DNA from: Octopus sinensis
Taxonomy: Eukaryota
Assembly: GCF_006345805.1 (NCBI RefSeq)
Contig: NC_042998.1
Location: forward strand, 149,296,001 to 149,360,000
Reading direction: 5' to 3'
Length of the DNA stretch: 64,000 nt
Shown piece by piece: positions 12,917-26,679 of the stretch. Numbering within the stretch: position 1 is the stretch's first letter; each line of letters begins with the position of its first letter. The translations under genes and the position numbers were made by a program. The notes under the pieces were generated by a model. It did no database searches. It saw only the letters and a program-made list of their open reading frames with translations, and was not told the origin of the DNA.

Positions 12917-12950
<34 letters not shown>

Positions 12951-14727
12951 AATAAATTTCCTTTTATCCACAGGTTTTGTTGAAGCTCCTGGAGTCTTGC
13001 ATGCGTAACGGGTTTACTACCTGCAGCCTATGGTACCATGCTATTCGTTCTTTTCACCTATCTAATACTTTCCTATTTCCTGTTATTGATTTGGATGTTC
13101 TTTTTTAAACAATCTATAATGTTAATCTTAATGTTCCTGTAGCTCTTGTTACTTTTAGTTTTTTTTTTCGATTGTTAATGTTTTGTTTTCATTGTTCTTT
13201 TGTGGATGTCAGTGGTGTTTTTGTTGTCGTTGTTGTTGGTTTTGCCATCTCTGTTCTATGATATATTGTTTGTTGTTGCTGTTGTGGCGCTTGCTTGTTG
13301 TTGTTGTTATTGTTGTAATTGTCATTTTTCAATATCATCATTGTTATTGTTGGACATTCTTTTTAATTTATTTGACATCGTCACACATCGTGTTCATTAC
13401 TTTTGCACCTGACATTGTTGCATATTTTGTAATTATTGCAATTCTGAAAATCACTGCACTTTTTATTGATGCACTTATATTTCGTATTTCTTGCACTTAT
13501 ATTTAACGTTGCAACAGATGCTCACTGCTACTACTGCACATGTTGTTGATGTTGTCATTAACGAACTTATTTTTGTCCTTATTGCAGTAAATGTTACTAT
13601 TATTGCTGGTGTCATTGTTATAGTTGTTACATTTGTTGTTTTGTTCCATTTGCTTTCATATTTGCACTTGTTGACATTGTTGCAGTTACTGTTGGTGCAA
13701 CAGCTTCACTGGTTCTTGTTTCACATCTTTTCTTGAACTTATTTTTATTGTAATCATTACAGTTATTGTTGTCGATGTTGCATACGTCGTTATCATTCGT
13801 GAACTTGTTGTTGCTGTTGCACCTTTTATTGTCACTGTTGCACATCTTGCTGCTTCATGTCCTTTGGATGTATCCACTCTCTGTTATCATAAATCTACAC
13901 AGCTACTTGATACCCAATCTTGGCTGCGTGATCTCTCAGAGACATCGTCAAATCTGAAAATTTTTTCACGAAGACAAAATTCACGTCAGAGAAGAAATAA
14001 TGTCGGCAATAAAATATACAGATTTTTCTCGTTGGCTTGTTAACGTGTGAAGTGAATGAGCAGAAAAAAAGAATGCGTTGGCATTGAATGTTAATGATAA
14101 TACAGTTGCAAAATAAAAATACATGTTTATTGTATGTGAATGATATATACGTCAAACAAGATCAGAATAGACCGGGTTAGGATGCATAAGTAACAAATAA
14201 CAAATCAATGACTGATCACTTAAAAAATCAAGTATAATGAACATCTTGATATTTGTACAAACAGGAAGCTTCAAAATATTACACTTCTCTAAATGAGCGC
14301 AGAAAATTATTAACAACGAAAGGCAAGAGAAGAATATTTTAAGTAATTCCTAATCCGAAATGAAACCGAAAATAGTGAAAACCACCAGGAAGAAGAATAT
14401 ATTCTCTACAGATAACTTTATAACATATGTGCAAAAAACAACAAGTATCGCTTACACAAAATGTTGCTCCCGTAAGGCCTATGTTAAACTGGTTGTTACA
14501 TAGATCTTTTTTTAATAACTAGTTATTTTTAAGACAATCTGTTTTCAAATATATGTTTTGTCTATATACAAATAACCACGATTCAATTCGTGATCGTATA
14601 TATTTTTATATATGTGTGTAAGTGAGAGTGGATGTGTGTGTGAGTGAGTGTGTGTACATACGTGTGTATATATATACACACACACATATACATACATACA
14701 TACATATATATATATTCATATCTATAT

Positions 14728-14773
<46 letters not shown>

Positions 14774-14779
14774 GAATAA

Positions 14780-15810
14780 ATGAAAGAATGGAGTTGAACG
14801 ACAAATTAACAAATCTCCTTTATTTTCGACATATGTTTCGAAGGCTGCATATTCCTAATTGTGAAGTAATAAGGAGTACATTATGCCGCTTTCTCATCAG
14901 GAAAAACAAGGAATTTATGTCAACATCAAGATTCACAAAAACTTTTAGATGACTGCTCTCACGGAGCGCATAGCGATAATGAGTGTCTCTTTAATATTCC
15001 TTTATAAGGAGTGACGTCAAACTGGTTGAATGTAGAAAATTCTAGAAGGTTCTAAAGGTTCAAGAGTTCAAACGAAGTAGGGGGAGAGAGGCTTAAGAAA
15101 AGTGAGGTGATTTGGAACAGGTCGTATGTATGGTGGGTTAAGTTAAATTCTTCTGTGAATGAGTGTCTGTGTGAGTGTATGAATATAACTGTATTAATAC
15201 CTATGTGTGTGTATGTGTGTGCGTGAATGTGTATGTGGATGGGTAGATGTCAAAAAAACAGATACTAGCAGATATGTGTCTGTGGCTTGATTACTATAGA
15301 TAGAGGGAAAGAGAGAGAAAAAGAAAGAGGAGGGCGAGGTATTGGGACAAAGGCAAAGCAAACCTCAAAGGATTGGGTAGTATGTCTTTGAAAGCATAAC
15401 AAATTTTTTTAAAAACTAAAGGGGGGAAATATATAAATGGAAATATATTAATTAAAATTTAAGGGGGTTATCTCTATTAGTCATTATTCATATGAGTGAA
15501 AGGTGTGTTTTCTCCAGTGCAAGCACCTGTAGGACCTCTCGACGATTGAATTTATTAAAGGTACTTTGGCGAATAATATATGAAAAAATTCAGAATTACA
15601 GACGCCACAAATTTTTCTGCCCTTATCAAACGGAACGGATACCGACAAAATGGACCATTCCAGCTTGAAGGTTGAATTGCTGTCTTTCAGACGCCAAATT
15701 AGTTTGCTTATTCCCGTGCTGTGTTGTTTTCTCTTATCTCGGAAATTCTGATGTGAATTTGCTACCCAGGTATCGGTTAAACGAATTATCCATAAAAGAT
15801 ATTTCATTTT
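14780..15810 (-). mobile_element. Penelope-like element 3' fragment (GIY-YIG C-terminus + 3' region with hammerhead)
   Basis: ORF 15484-15942 has STGISKLIWRLK..LEWSIL..PF..G.KICGVC.SE..HILF...LINS..E....C.H.RK, the PLE C-terminal pattern; hammerhead ~580 bp downstream on the same strand. Confidence 0.8.
14823..14905 (-). ncRNA. Minimal type I hammerhead ribozyme motif, intact core
   Basis: UUUUC-CUGAUGA-stem II (10 of 12 bp)-GAAA-C-AUAU-GUC-GAAAA; palindromic stem III; predicted cut between 14828 and 14827. Confidence 0.8.
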
Positions 15811-15842
15811 TCTACTTAAATATATATATATATAGATAGATA

Positions 15843-17472
15843 CAGTTGCGGCCAAAATGTTCAGAACGGGATTGTTTTCGTCAAAAAAGTGGATATACGT
15901 TTTTATCAAAGTTGTTTTATATTCTATAATGTTCACAGACAATAAATACGATATTATTTGTTATTGTCTGAGATTTTGGTGTAATTTGAGAGGATAATAA
16001 AAAAGTTATGGATGATTTAGTGATTTACTGCAAAACCCATGGCGGCCAAAATGATCAGAACGGTTGCTTTTACTCCATGTTTTAGTATATTTAACCGTCG
16101 AACTCTAATGTTTTGAATTTGTTTACGCGACAGTTCGTTTACTAAACATTAGTAAGAATATCTGCAGTGTACTTTGTTAATATAATGCCACTTACTCCGT
16201 TACCAATTCGTCAGCAGATTATTAAGCTTCGAAAGAAGGATAATTTAAGTATTAGGTCTATTGTAAAGATCGTTAACAAGTCAAAAAGTGTTGTACACGG
16301 TATTCTTAAGGTCTACGATGATTGTGGTTCGTGTGAAGCAAGAAAGTATACAGGTAGGCCAAGAAAAACGACCAAGAGAGAAGATCGTGCTATGGTAAAG
16401 TTGGTTAAAAAGGACAGATTTAAAACTGCTGCTACTGTTTTTCGGGAAATTAGCATCGTACTGAAGAAAACTTTATCTCGAAAAACTGTGCCTCGTCCTT
16501 TAGTTGAACATGACCTACAAGCAAGAGCACCTGCAGTGAAGCCACTGATCAGCTCCAAGAATAAAAAGTGTCGTCTTACCTTTGAAACCGAACATGTGTT
16601 GTGGTCTCAAGAAAAATGGCAAACGGTGCATTTCAGTGATGAATCTAAGTCTATGTTATTTGGCTCAGATGGGATAAGGTACGTTCGTCGAAAAGCAGGT
16701 GAAAAATTGTCACCTAAATGCCTTAAGACTAGTGTTAAATTCGGTGGAGGAAGTGTCATGGTTTGGGGGATGATATCTGGAGATGGTGTGGGCCCTTTGT
16801 TGCGATTACATGGAAAGGTAAATGCAGGAGTTTATAAACAACTTGTAAAAGATCATGTCTTGCCTGTGCTGAGAAATTCAACTAAGCGACCACCCATATT
16901 CATGCAGGACAATGCCCCATGTCACAAGGCTAAGGTGGTCATGAACTTCCTCAAGGCTGAAAAGGTTGCTGTTATGGATTGGCCTGCTCAAAGCCCAGAC
17001 CTCAATCCTATTGAAAATGTGTGGAATATTCTAGGAGAACGTTTGAAAACCAGAAATCCTAAAACAACCGAGCAATTATGGAATGCCCTTCAGGAAGAAT
17101 GGAATAAGATCACCCAGCAAGAAATTGAAAATTTAATTTCCCCATGCAGTCAAAAATGTCAAACTTTGATTGAAGCTAAAGGGCTTCACACTAAATATGA
17201 AATAATTCCAGCAGTCCCTGTCACTTTTTGATTATTTTGTTATTTTTTCAACCGTTCTGATCATTTTGGCCACCATGGGTTTTGCAGTAAATCACTATAT
17301 CATCCATAACTTTTGTATTATCTACTCAAATTACACCAAAATCTCAGACAATATCAATTAATATTGTATTTACTGCCTGTCAAAATTATAGAATATAAAA
17401 CAACTTTAATAAAAACTTATATCTACTTTTCTGACGAAAATAATCCCGTTCTGAACATTTTGGCCGCAACTG
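15843..17472 (+). mobile_element. Tc1-family (DD34E) transposon of IR/DR type
   Basis: 224-bp TIRs (15843-16066, 17249-17472; 17 mismatches by hand alignment) starting CAGTTG; each has outer and inner G(C/T)GGCCAAAATG(T/A)TCAGAACGG direct repeats; TA on the left, TG within (TA)n on the right. Confidence 0.95.
16185..17231 (+). CDS. Tc1 transposase, open ORF from the first ATG (348 aa)
   Basis: HTH region with GRPRKTT, FSDES, QDNAPCH, WPAQSPDLNPIE (34 residues between second D and E), GLHTKY. Confidence 0.9.
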   Translation: MPLTPLPIRQQIIKLRKKDNLSIRSIVKIVNKSKSVVHGILKVYDDCGSCEARKYTGRPRKTTKREDRAMVKLVKKDRFKTAATVFREISIVLKKTLSRKTVPRPLVEHDLQARAPAVKPLISSKNKKCRLTFETEHVLWSQEKWQTVHFSDESKSMLFGSDGIRYVRRKAGEKLSPKCLKTSVKFGGGSVMVWGMISGDGVGPLLRLHGKVNAGVYKQLVKDHVLPVLRNSTKRPPIFMQDNAPCHKAKVVMNFLKAEKVAVMDWPAQSPDLNPIENVWNILGERLKTRNPKTTEQLWNALQEEWNKITQQEIENLISPCSQKCQTLIEAKGLHTKYEIIPAVPVTF

Positions 17473-17510
17473 TGTATATATATATATATATATACATATA
17501 GTCATAAATG

Positions 17511-17707
17511 ATAGTGTACAAACCATTAAGTATTTATACACGAAAGCGATGACCTGTGACAGGACACCTTACATGCTAGAAAAGGCAGTCAAAAACCAAA
17601 CAACGAATAAAATTAATTTCAAAGAGAGATGCCTTTTTTAGCATGTAAGGTGTCCTGTCAAAGGTCACGTCTTTCGTGTATAAATACTTAAATTGTTTAT
17701 ACACTAT
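17511..17707. mobile_element. MITE-like foldback, ~77-bp inverted arms and ~42-bp spacer
   Basis: 17511-17587 is an imperfect reverse complement of 17630-17707; TA-rich flanks. Confidence 0.75.
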
Positions 17708-17832
17708 TATATATGAAAATATGTTGTCTACTGACTTTATTGCGCATGCTAGCCACCGGTATGAAAATCTTTCTTAATTTTCTATCCTTATTATCTTTAC
17801 TATGTATATATGTATATATCTATATATATGTA

Positions 17833-17905
<73 letters not shown>

Positions 17906-17909
17906 TATA

Positions 17910-17947
<38 letters not shown>

Positions 17948-18387
17948 CTACATTTATACATACATACATACACACACAGATATGTATGTATATCTTTTAT
18001 TGTTTATCGCTTCCTTGTTTCATTCATTAGACTGCATCCATGTTGGGGCAAGGTCTTCAAGAATTTTAGTCGAACGAAATGACCATAGGACATATTTTTT
18101 AAAAAATGATTTTAAGCCTGGAACTTACTCTAACGGTCTGTTTTGCCTAAGCGTTACGTAGACATAGACACATAAAAACCGGATGCGAAACGGTGGGGTG
18201 GAGACAAACTTAGGTGCAAGCACACGCACACACTCACGCGCACCCACACATGCATACACACATACACACATATATGTACATATACATATACATGCATTTA
18301 TATGTCTATACACACATATATATTTAGATATATGTTCATCTCTCTCTCTCTCTCTCTTACTCTCTCTATATATATGTATGTATAAGT

Positions 18388-18740
18388 GCAGGCGTGACTG
18401 TGTGGTAAAAACCTTGCTTCCCAATCACATGGTTTTTGGTTCAGTCCCAGTGCGTGGCACCTTTGGCAAGTGTCTTCTATTAAAGCCTCAAAACAACCAA
18501 AGCCTTGTGAGTAGAAGTGGTAGACGGAAATTGAAAGAAGCCCGTCGTATAGATATATATTTATGTGTGTCTTTGTGTCTGTGTTTGTTTCCCGCCCACC
18601 ATCGCTTGACAACTGGTGTCGGTGTGGTTACGTCCCCATAACTAAGCGGTTCGACAAAAGCGACCGTTAGAATGAGTGCCGGGCTTACAAAGAATTAGTC
18701 TTGGGATGGATTTCTTCGCCTGCATGGCCGCTGTCTTCCA
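18388..18740 (+). mobile_element. SINE family A copy
   Basis: tRNA-like head and family body. Confidence 0.8.
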
Positions 18741-18759
18741 ATTTTTATCTGCTAGCTCC

Positions 18760-18865
18760 ACTCACAAGGCTGTGGTCGGCGAAAGTTTATGATAGAATAC
18801 ACTGGCCTAATGTGGCACGCATTGGGATGGAAACCTGAACTATGTGGTCGGGAAGGAAATTCTTA
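18760..18865 (-). mobile_element. SINE family A 5' part, diverged
   Basis: CCACTCACAAGGCT...GGTCGG reverse family motif. Confidence 0.6.
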
Positions 18866-18943
18866 CCCCCCACACACGCACACGCATACACACGCGCGCG
18901 CACACAGTCACACAGTCACACATGCATACATATATACATATAT

Positions 18944-19029
<86 letters not shown>

Positions 19030-19900
19030 TACACACACATATACACACATACATACATATGTGTATGTGTGCGTGAAAATGTTTCTGCTCATTTCACAGT
19101 TTCTATCATTTAGATTTTAGAAAAAGGAAAATGGGCGGAGGAAAATAAAAAATAAGTAAACAAATTGAAAAAGAAATACGAAGAACAATGTAAATAAAAA
19201 GCAAAGTAGAAGATAAAATATAAAAATAAACAAATCAATGCAAATAATAATTTGAACGTCTGCAAATAAGAGAACAAAACCAAACAGAGCAAAATAAATT
19301 GTCAATAAGACACATATTTAAACAAACTAGCGCGCAAACAACAAACAGCCGCCATTAGAATGAGTATACATATATCTGTAGAGTGAGAAGAAAATAATAA
19401 GAAACCAAACAGGCTGGCGCATGTGCAATGCAAGAGATTTGGGGATAAAGAAAAAAGGAGAAAAAACGGGAAAATATAGTGAGAGAAAGAGAAGGAAAGA
19501 AGGGGGTGAATATGGAAAGGTAGTGAAAGAGAGTGAGATAGAAATCTTAACGGAAGCAACTTGTAAGGAAAGACAAACGGTGCGAGACATGTTCAAGTTA
19601 AGACGTAAATAGACAGATGGAAATGTGAAGCAGCGTCCCTCTATATAATCAACCGCAGAAACATGACAAATTGACCAAATAAATACATAAATACATATAC
19701 GCATATATACATAAATACATACATGCAAACATACATATATATACATACATGCACACATAAATTTATGCAAACATGTATATATATAGATAGATATATGCAT
19801 ATATATATATATATTTATATATATATATACATGCATATATATATATATATATGTATATGTACATATGTATACATGTACATATATACACTATGTAGGTAAT

Positions 19901-19951
<51 letters not shown>

Positions 19952-20283
19952 CATAAACACACCATATATTTACCTACATATATATACGTACATATATATA
20001 TATAATATATATATATATATAAGTACATAGACATATTCATATAAATATATGTACATGCGTATATACATATATACATATTTACACACACACACACAGATGC
20101 ATATGTAGACACATATACATGTACATATTAAAGTGCATGAAAGATGGGAAAATATAAAGAAACAAATAAATAAATACAATATCAACGTCGATGAAATGTG
20201 AAAAGATATGAAACAAAAATAGGGTGGGGGAAGAAATTAAAAAATTCAAACCTGAAATAACAGTTAAATGGAGACTTACATTA

Positions 20284-20334
<51 letters not shown>

Positions 20335-20407
20335 TACATACATACATACATACATACATACACACACATACATACATGCATACATACATACATACATACA
20401 TACAACA

Positions 20408-20439
<32 letters not shown>

Positions 20440-20859
20440 CATGGACACACTCTCACACACATATATATAGTGTGTCGTGTGTGCGTTTAAGTGTGCGTGT
20501 GAGTGTATATGTGCGCATATGTAAGAATGCATGTTTGTATGTGTGTTCTTGTACATGCATGTATTCATGCATATATGCGTGATGTTTGTATGGGTTTGTA
20601 TATACGTCTATATGATTGTGCAACATCGTGGAAATAAGGAAGAAGAAAAAAGAAACGTCATTTCAAAGTATCCGTCTCCTACAAAATGACTGATGAGTTT
20701 CAACCATGCTGGTAGCGACCTCAGTAGTAGCAGCAGTAGCCGTAGCAGCAGCAGCAGTTGTTGTTTTTATTGTAGTATTGTTACTATTTACATATCTGTT
20801 GCTACATGTCACCACTTCCAATATCACAAACATCATATTTTATTCCTTTCGAGTCTTTC

Positions 20860-21065
20860 CTAACTTCTTCTTCTTCTCTTCTTCTTCTTCTTCTCTTCTT
20901 TCTTCTTCTTCTTCTTCTTCTTCTTCTTCTTCTTCTTTTCTTCTTCTTCTTCTTCTTCTTCTTCTTCCTTCTTCTTCTTCTTCTTCTCTCTTCTTCTTCT
21001 TCTCTTCTTCTTCTTCTTCTTCTTCTTCTTCTCTTCTTCTTCTTCTTCTTCTTCTTCTTCTTCTC
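20860..21065. repeat. (CTT)n microsatellite
   Basis: Directly visible. Confidence 0.95.
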
Positions 21066-21899
21066 CATCTACATTAGCAGAGAATAAACCCTCAGATTAA
21101 AGTAAAATTGTTTTTACAGTAACTAAGCGTAAAAACAAACATTAACATATACCTATGTATGTATGTATGTATGTATGTATGTATGTATGTATGTATGTAT
21201 GTATGTAGGAAGTCCTTCGGTTCATTTAGAATGTTAACATTGTCTGCTGCAAGTAAAATGTAACTATGTATGTATGTATATATTCTGACCGAATATAGGT
21301 TAGTTGAGTCATTTGGCACTATGTACTTGCTATTGAGAAGTCCAAATTGTTAGTTTTTACCTATATTCACCTGATAAAAACGTTTTTTATTATTTTTTTG
21401 ACATGATGTAACTGTTCTGTTCATCAATAAAAAAACTCGTCTGAAGCAGCTGTAGTGAACCACAGCCTATCCGTTGTTATAGTTTGTCTCTCACCTAACT
21501 TGAAACCAACATAGGTTCGGATCTGAAGTCTATAGACGGCGGTACAATAAGCGCAGTGAGTGTAGCCATGTGTGACATTGATGACTCGATCTGTATTCAG
21601 TCAGTCATTTCTGAATGAATGCATAACTGGAGTACAAATCCGTGTTTACTTTAGTAAGTACGTATTTGTCCTTTATATTTGTTTGCACACAATAGCGCTA
21701 TCACTGATTAGACCTGGTGCTTTCACTATTTAAATAGATGATTCTCTTGAATCCTAGTTAAGAAAAATTAAAATGTATCAGAAAGAAGCACACTTTAAAG
21801 AATAGAGCAGTAATTATTACAACAAAAACTTTATATCTTGGACATAGAGTTACGGGCTCGGATGATCAATTAATTTCCACCTGATATCACACGGGGCCC

Positions 21900-22300
21900 C
21901 TTGATCCTTGAGATGCCATACATGGCAGGCCAGGGACGTGAAAAACCGTCTTTCTGGAACTCTGAAGGATGACTGGTGGTTAAGAAAATATCGTTTAAAA
22001 TTAATTGATCATCCGGGTCCGAATATTAATGGAAGTGGCCGTTGCATGATCTGCATCGCGGAAAGAGTCAAACTTCTTAAGGACTATAAGAAACCTGGAG
22101 CATTAAACAGCCATAAAGAAGTGCTTTCTAAATGTAGCCACTTCAAGCGCTACTTACTGGAAAAATGGATTTCACCGTCCGGGTCCCCCCACCTCTAATT
22201 CAGGGGAGATAACTCGTCTTCATCAAAGTTTTTTGTTGTTGTTAAGACTTATTCCTCAAGTCCTGAGCGCTTGCTTACGTCTGCGACGTAGAAATTTTAA
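21900..22300 (+). mobile_element. Penelope-like element C-terminal fragment
   Basis: ORF 21908-22198: SGRCMICIAERVKLL..GALNSHKEVLSKCSHFKRYLL fits the PLE CxLCxxEK..LN..E....C.H..K.LL tail. Confidence 0.6.
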
Positions 22301-22567
22301 ATTTGGTATTCTTATATAGAGTTTGGCTAGCTGTTCACAAGGCATTGCTTTGTGGAAGCGAAATCTTGCGTAACTTTGTCAAAGATAAAAAAATTTTGTT
22401 GTATATACATACATACATACATACATACATACATTACAGAATACATACATACATACATACATACATAGATACATACATACATATATATATACATACATAC
22501 ATATAATACATACATACATACATACATAATACATTACATACAATACATACATACATACATACATACA

Positions 22568-22630
<63 letters not shown>

Positions 22631-22731
22631 GAGGATATCTTCATTCCAAACTTACAGGGAAATTCAATTTAGAAATACTAAATCAAATTTCACAAAATAT
22701 AATATATAATAAAAAGTGAGTTTTTTTTCTA

Positions 22732-22797
<66 letters not shown>

Positions 22798-22799
22798 CT

Positions 22800-22990
22800 G
22801 CGTGTGTACCGTTGGCGATTTTTTTCCTCCGTCTTCCCTTCTTCGGATCTTTCTTTTTCCTATGTTTCTGACGAAGAGCTCCGCTCGAAACGTTAAACCC
22901 TCCTTCTTTCCTTCCTTTCTGAGCGACCAATAATACTATATTTGTTCCACGTCCTCGCGTTGTTGTGTTTTCTCTTTATGTTTTCATGTT
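22800..22990 (+). mobile_element. Short pLTR-like repeat with hammerhead motif at 22864-22898
   Basis: GUUU-CUGACGA-A-GAGC ucc GCUC-GAAACGUU-AAAC. Confidence 0.6.
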
Positions 22991-23820
22991 TGGATTAACT
23001 GTATAATATATATATATATAAATATATACGCGAAGGCAGTGTATATTACTATTCTTAGAGGTGCCTGCAAAGGCTGGAAAGTGTAAATTTGCCTCAGATT
23101 GAAATCCCATCCGAAATTTTTGCGATATAGTTTACTCCGCTAAAGAAATTCTAACATCCAGATGGCGGACTTAAACCTGTCAACAGATTAATTCTGTATT
23201 TTAGGAATGAAAGTGATCTTTTCCATGAGATTCGCACAGTTTTTGTTTACCAAACTTCACTCTGAAATCATTGGTCGATCAGGAATTACGATAGAAACTT
23301 TTTGCTCAAACTTCCCTGCAGTTCAGAAAAACTTGAAATCACGTTCTTGTGGAGAAAATCTTTTAAACTACACAATCACCCCTGCTCCTATCTAACTCTG
23401 TTCGCAACTAACTGGGTTTTATTCATCGTACAGTGTGTGTGAACAGAAATATCACAATATCAACCTAGATGGGTCTTGTCAGGTGTGATGCAGTTACAAA
23501 CTCACGTGGTTAGAAAGCAAAATTAACTATTGATATCAAGCATGATTATTTTGGAGTAGACTTGATAAGAAATCTTCCAGAAAAATTCGTACAAGTCTAT
23601 GTAGTAAAAAATATGAATGAACTGACTGTCATAAGAAAAGTATTTGGTCTGATTAATTTAGAAGAGGTTTTGGTTTATAACTTTAAGAAGCTTTTCCTTC
23701 AATATATATTGTCAAATCTACGCCACCAGATGTTTTATTTCTGATAACACACACACATGTATATGAAAATATAAATGTGTGTATATGTATACATATATAT
23801 ATGATGCATATATATGCACT

Positions 23821-23854
<34 letters not shown>

Positions 23855-25046
23855 CATATGTGCGTATGTAGATGCATATTTGTATGGTTGTATATGTATA
23901 TGTGTGTACTTGTGTTTGTGTCTGTCAAAGCGGGCGAGCATGGTAATGAGAATGTTAAAGAGAACCATTATAGGCACGCACACACTCACACATACATAAA
24001 TACGTACGTACATACATACATACATACATACATACATACATACATACATACATACATACATACATGCATACATGCATACATACATACACGCACACGCACA
24101 AAACATACGTGTAATACATATATGTAACAGTATGCATATACACATGTATATATATATATATATATATATGAGTGTGTGTGTATCAAGTGACAGAGGGGAA
24201 GAAAGAACAGGCATGAATATTTGTTGTGAGTTAATGTGCAAATCAAGCTCAGCTTGTATGGGAGACGGGAAGGATGTCCATATTATATATGCAAACGTAT
24301 CAATAAGTAGACCATTAAATGTATAGCATGATGTGATGGAGGCGTCCGAGACGATATATCTACGAGCTCCACTGGACACAAAGATTGCTATCTTCACTTC
24401 GTGTTCTCTGAAGTTTATAGGTATGTATTGGGATGCCTGTGTGCTACCATACTATGGATTTTATACTTCACTTTCATATATACATACGTGCATATAAATA
24501 CATACATATATATATATACATGTGGATGTGCGTGTGTATGAGTGTGTGTATATATATGTGCGTGTATAAATGTGTATATATTTCCATATATATGTTTGTG
24601 TCTATATAAAAATACATGCATATATACATTATATATGTGTGTGTGTGTGTATCTAAGTATGGAAGCATATATGTGCCTATCTGTAAGTTTGTGCGTATAT
24701 ATGTGTTTATATATATATATATATGTGTTTTTTTCACACACACACATGCATACACGCGCGCACGCGCACACACATATTGGTATGTATGCTTATATGTGAG
24801 TATGCAAATGTGCGTTCTTGTCTGTGAGTACATGTATGTTTGTATATGCTTTTATATATATATGTATGAATGATTATGTATGCGAGCATGTAAAATGTAA
24901 GTATGCAGGCATGGCATGTACGTACGTCTGTATGTATGTATGTATATATGCGTGTATATTTGCATATATTGTCTGTATGCCTCTGTCTGTATATTTATGT
25001 GTAGGAGCATGTATTAAGTACGTATGCCTTTGTCTATATATATATA

Positions 25047-25104
<58 letters not shown>

Positions 25105-25879
25105 CATGTGTGTATGAATGTATGTATATATGTAGGTATGTATATATGTATTGCATATGTGTACTTCTGTGTAAATGGTATATCTTTGTTTCTTATACCA
25201 CAGAATATTCCAGATTGAAATCAACTGCTCTTTTCTTCTGCATCTATGACTCAACGATTATCCACCAGAATATTCCACTATCTTACTGCATCAATTAATT
25301 CGCCAAACTTTTATAGTTCTTCGTTCAATGCGACCACAATTCCAACATTTTTTGCATCGTATATTCTTTGCTATTTTATTAAAAACCGAGAATTTTGGGG
25401 GTGTTGTCATGAATTTTGCAAAAGATAGAACATTTTAATTGCACATTCTCCTTCTCCACGCGTCTACAGCAACAACGAAATGGTAAATATTGATAGTGGA
25501 ATACGGTTGTGCGAAGTAAACTACTTGTTGTCGCTGCTGTTGTTGCTTAACTCCGTAACGATTGACATCGACCAAAACAATGATAAAAGTCGTCCCAGCC
25601 ATGCCTATTCCGTCTTTGTATATGCTGTTCTTTTAATATGCACGTGATTTTAGGGAATCTGCTGCTATTCCTAGAAGATCTGGTGCTCACACAAGGCTGC
25701 ATTCATTGGTTTATGTATAAATTAATCTAAAGTTTATTCTATATGTTAAGTGAAATCCACTCATACATACATGTAATCATACTTTTATGTTTGAATAAAT
25801 ATATTGTATGATTGTATATACGCACATACATACATACATACATACATACATACATACATACATACATACATACATACAT

Positions 25880-26205
25880 ACATACAAAAAACTGACACTC
25901 CGTCGGTTACGACGAGGAGTTTCCATTTGATCCAATCAAAGGAACAGTCGTCTCGTGAAATTAACGTGCAAGTAGCTGAGCACTCAACAGACACGCGTAC
26001 AAGATTAATCTCCCAGGAAGATTAATCTTGACACAGAGTGTGACGAGGCTGGCCCTTTAAAATACAGGTACTACTCATTTTTGCTAGCTGAGTGGAGCAA
26101 CATGAAATACAAGTGCCTTGCTCAAAGACACAACATGCCACCGGGAATCGAACTTACGACCTTACGCTCATGAACCAATTTCCCGAACCACCAAGCCACA
26201 TGCCT
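25880..26205 (-). mobile_element. SINE family C copy
   Basis: GGAATCGAACTTACG (reverse B box) and CCTTGCTCAAAGACACAAC family motif. Confidence 0.65.
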
Positions 26206-26679
26206 TCACATACATACACGCATGCATGCATACATACATACACACATACATACATGCATGCATACAACATACATACATACATACATATATACATACATAC
26301 ATACATACATACATACATACATACATACATACATACATACATACATACATACATACATAAATACATACATACATACATACGTACCTACATACATAGTAAT
26401 TTAGAGAAGGGAAACTGTACAGTCGTGTACCAGTTGCCCAGCAAACATCCATCTAATCGAAAAATTTACAAATAATCCACTCGGACAACTAATGCAGATT
26501 CATACCTGTAATTATTGGTTCACTTCGGTGTGGAATCAGCTACCTCATCACTAATCTTGAGAAATTAGGTTTCTCAAAACCAAAAAGGAAAAAGCTAATT
26601 ATAAGATTACAGATACAAGCCATCAATGGAACCATCAAAATGTGTAAAGCTTAGCAAAAGTTTAGCATATAAGTCTTCT

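Noticed and set aside
13183-13900. Hydrophobic membrane-protein-like ORFs
   Set aside because: Old degenerate (GTT/ATT)n low-complexity tract.
22255-22310. Hammerhead downstream of the PLE fragment at 21900
   Set aside because: The TACGTC-tgc-GACGTA-GAAA hairpin is present, but there is no CUGANGA at the proper spacing and no stem I.
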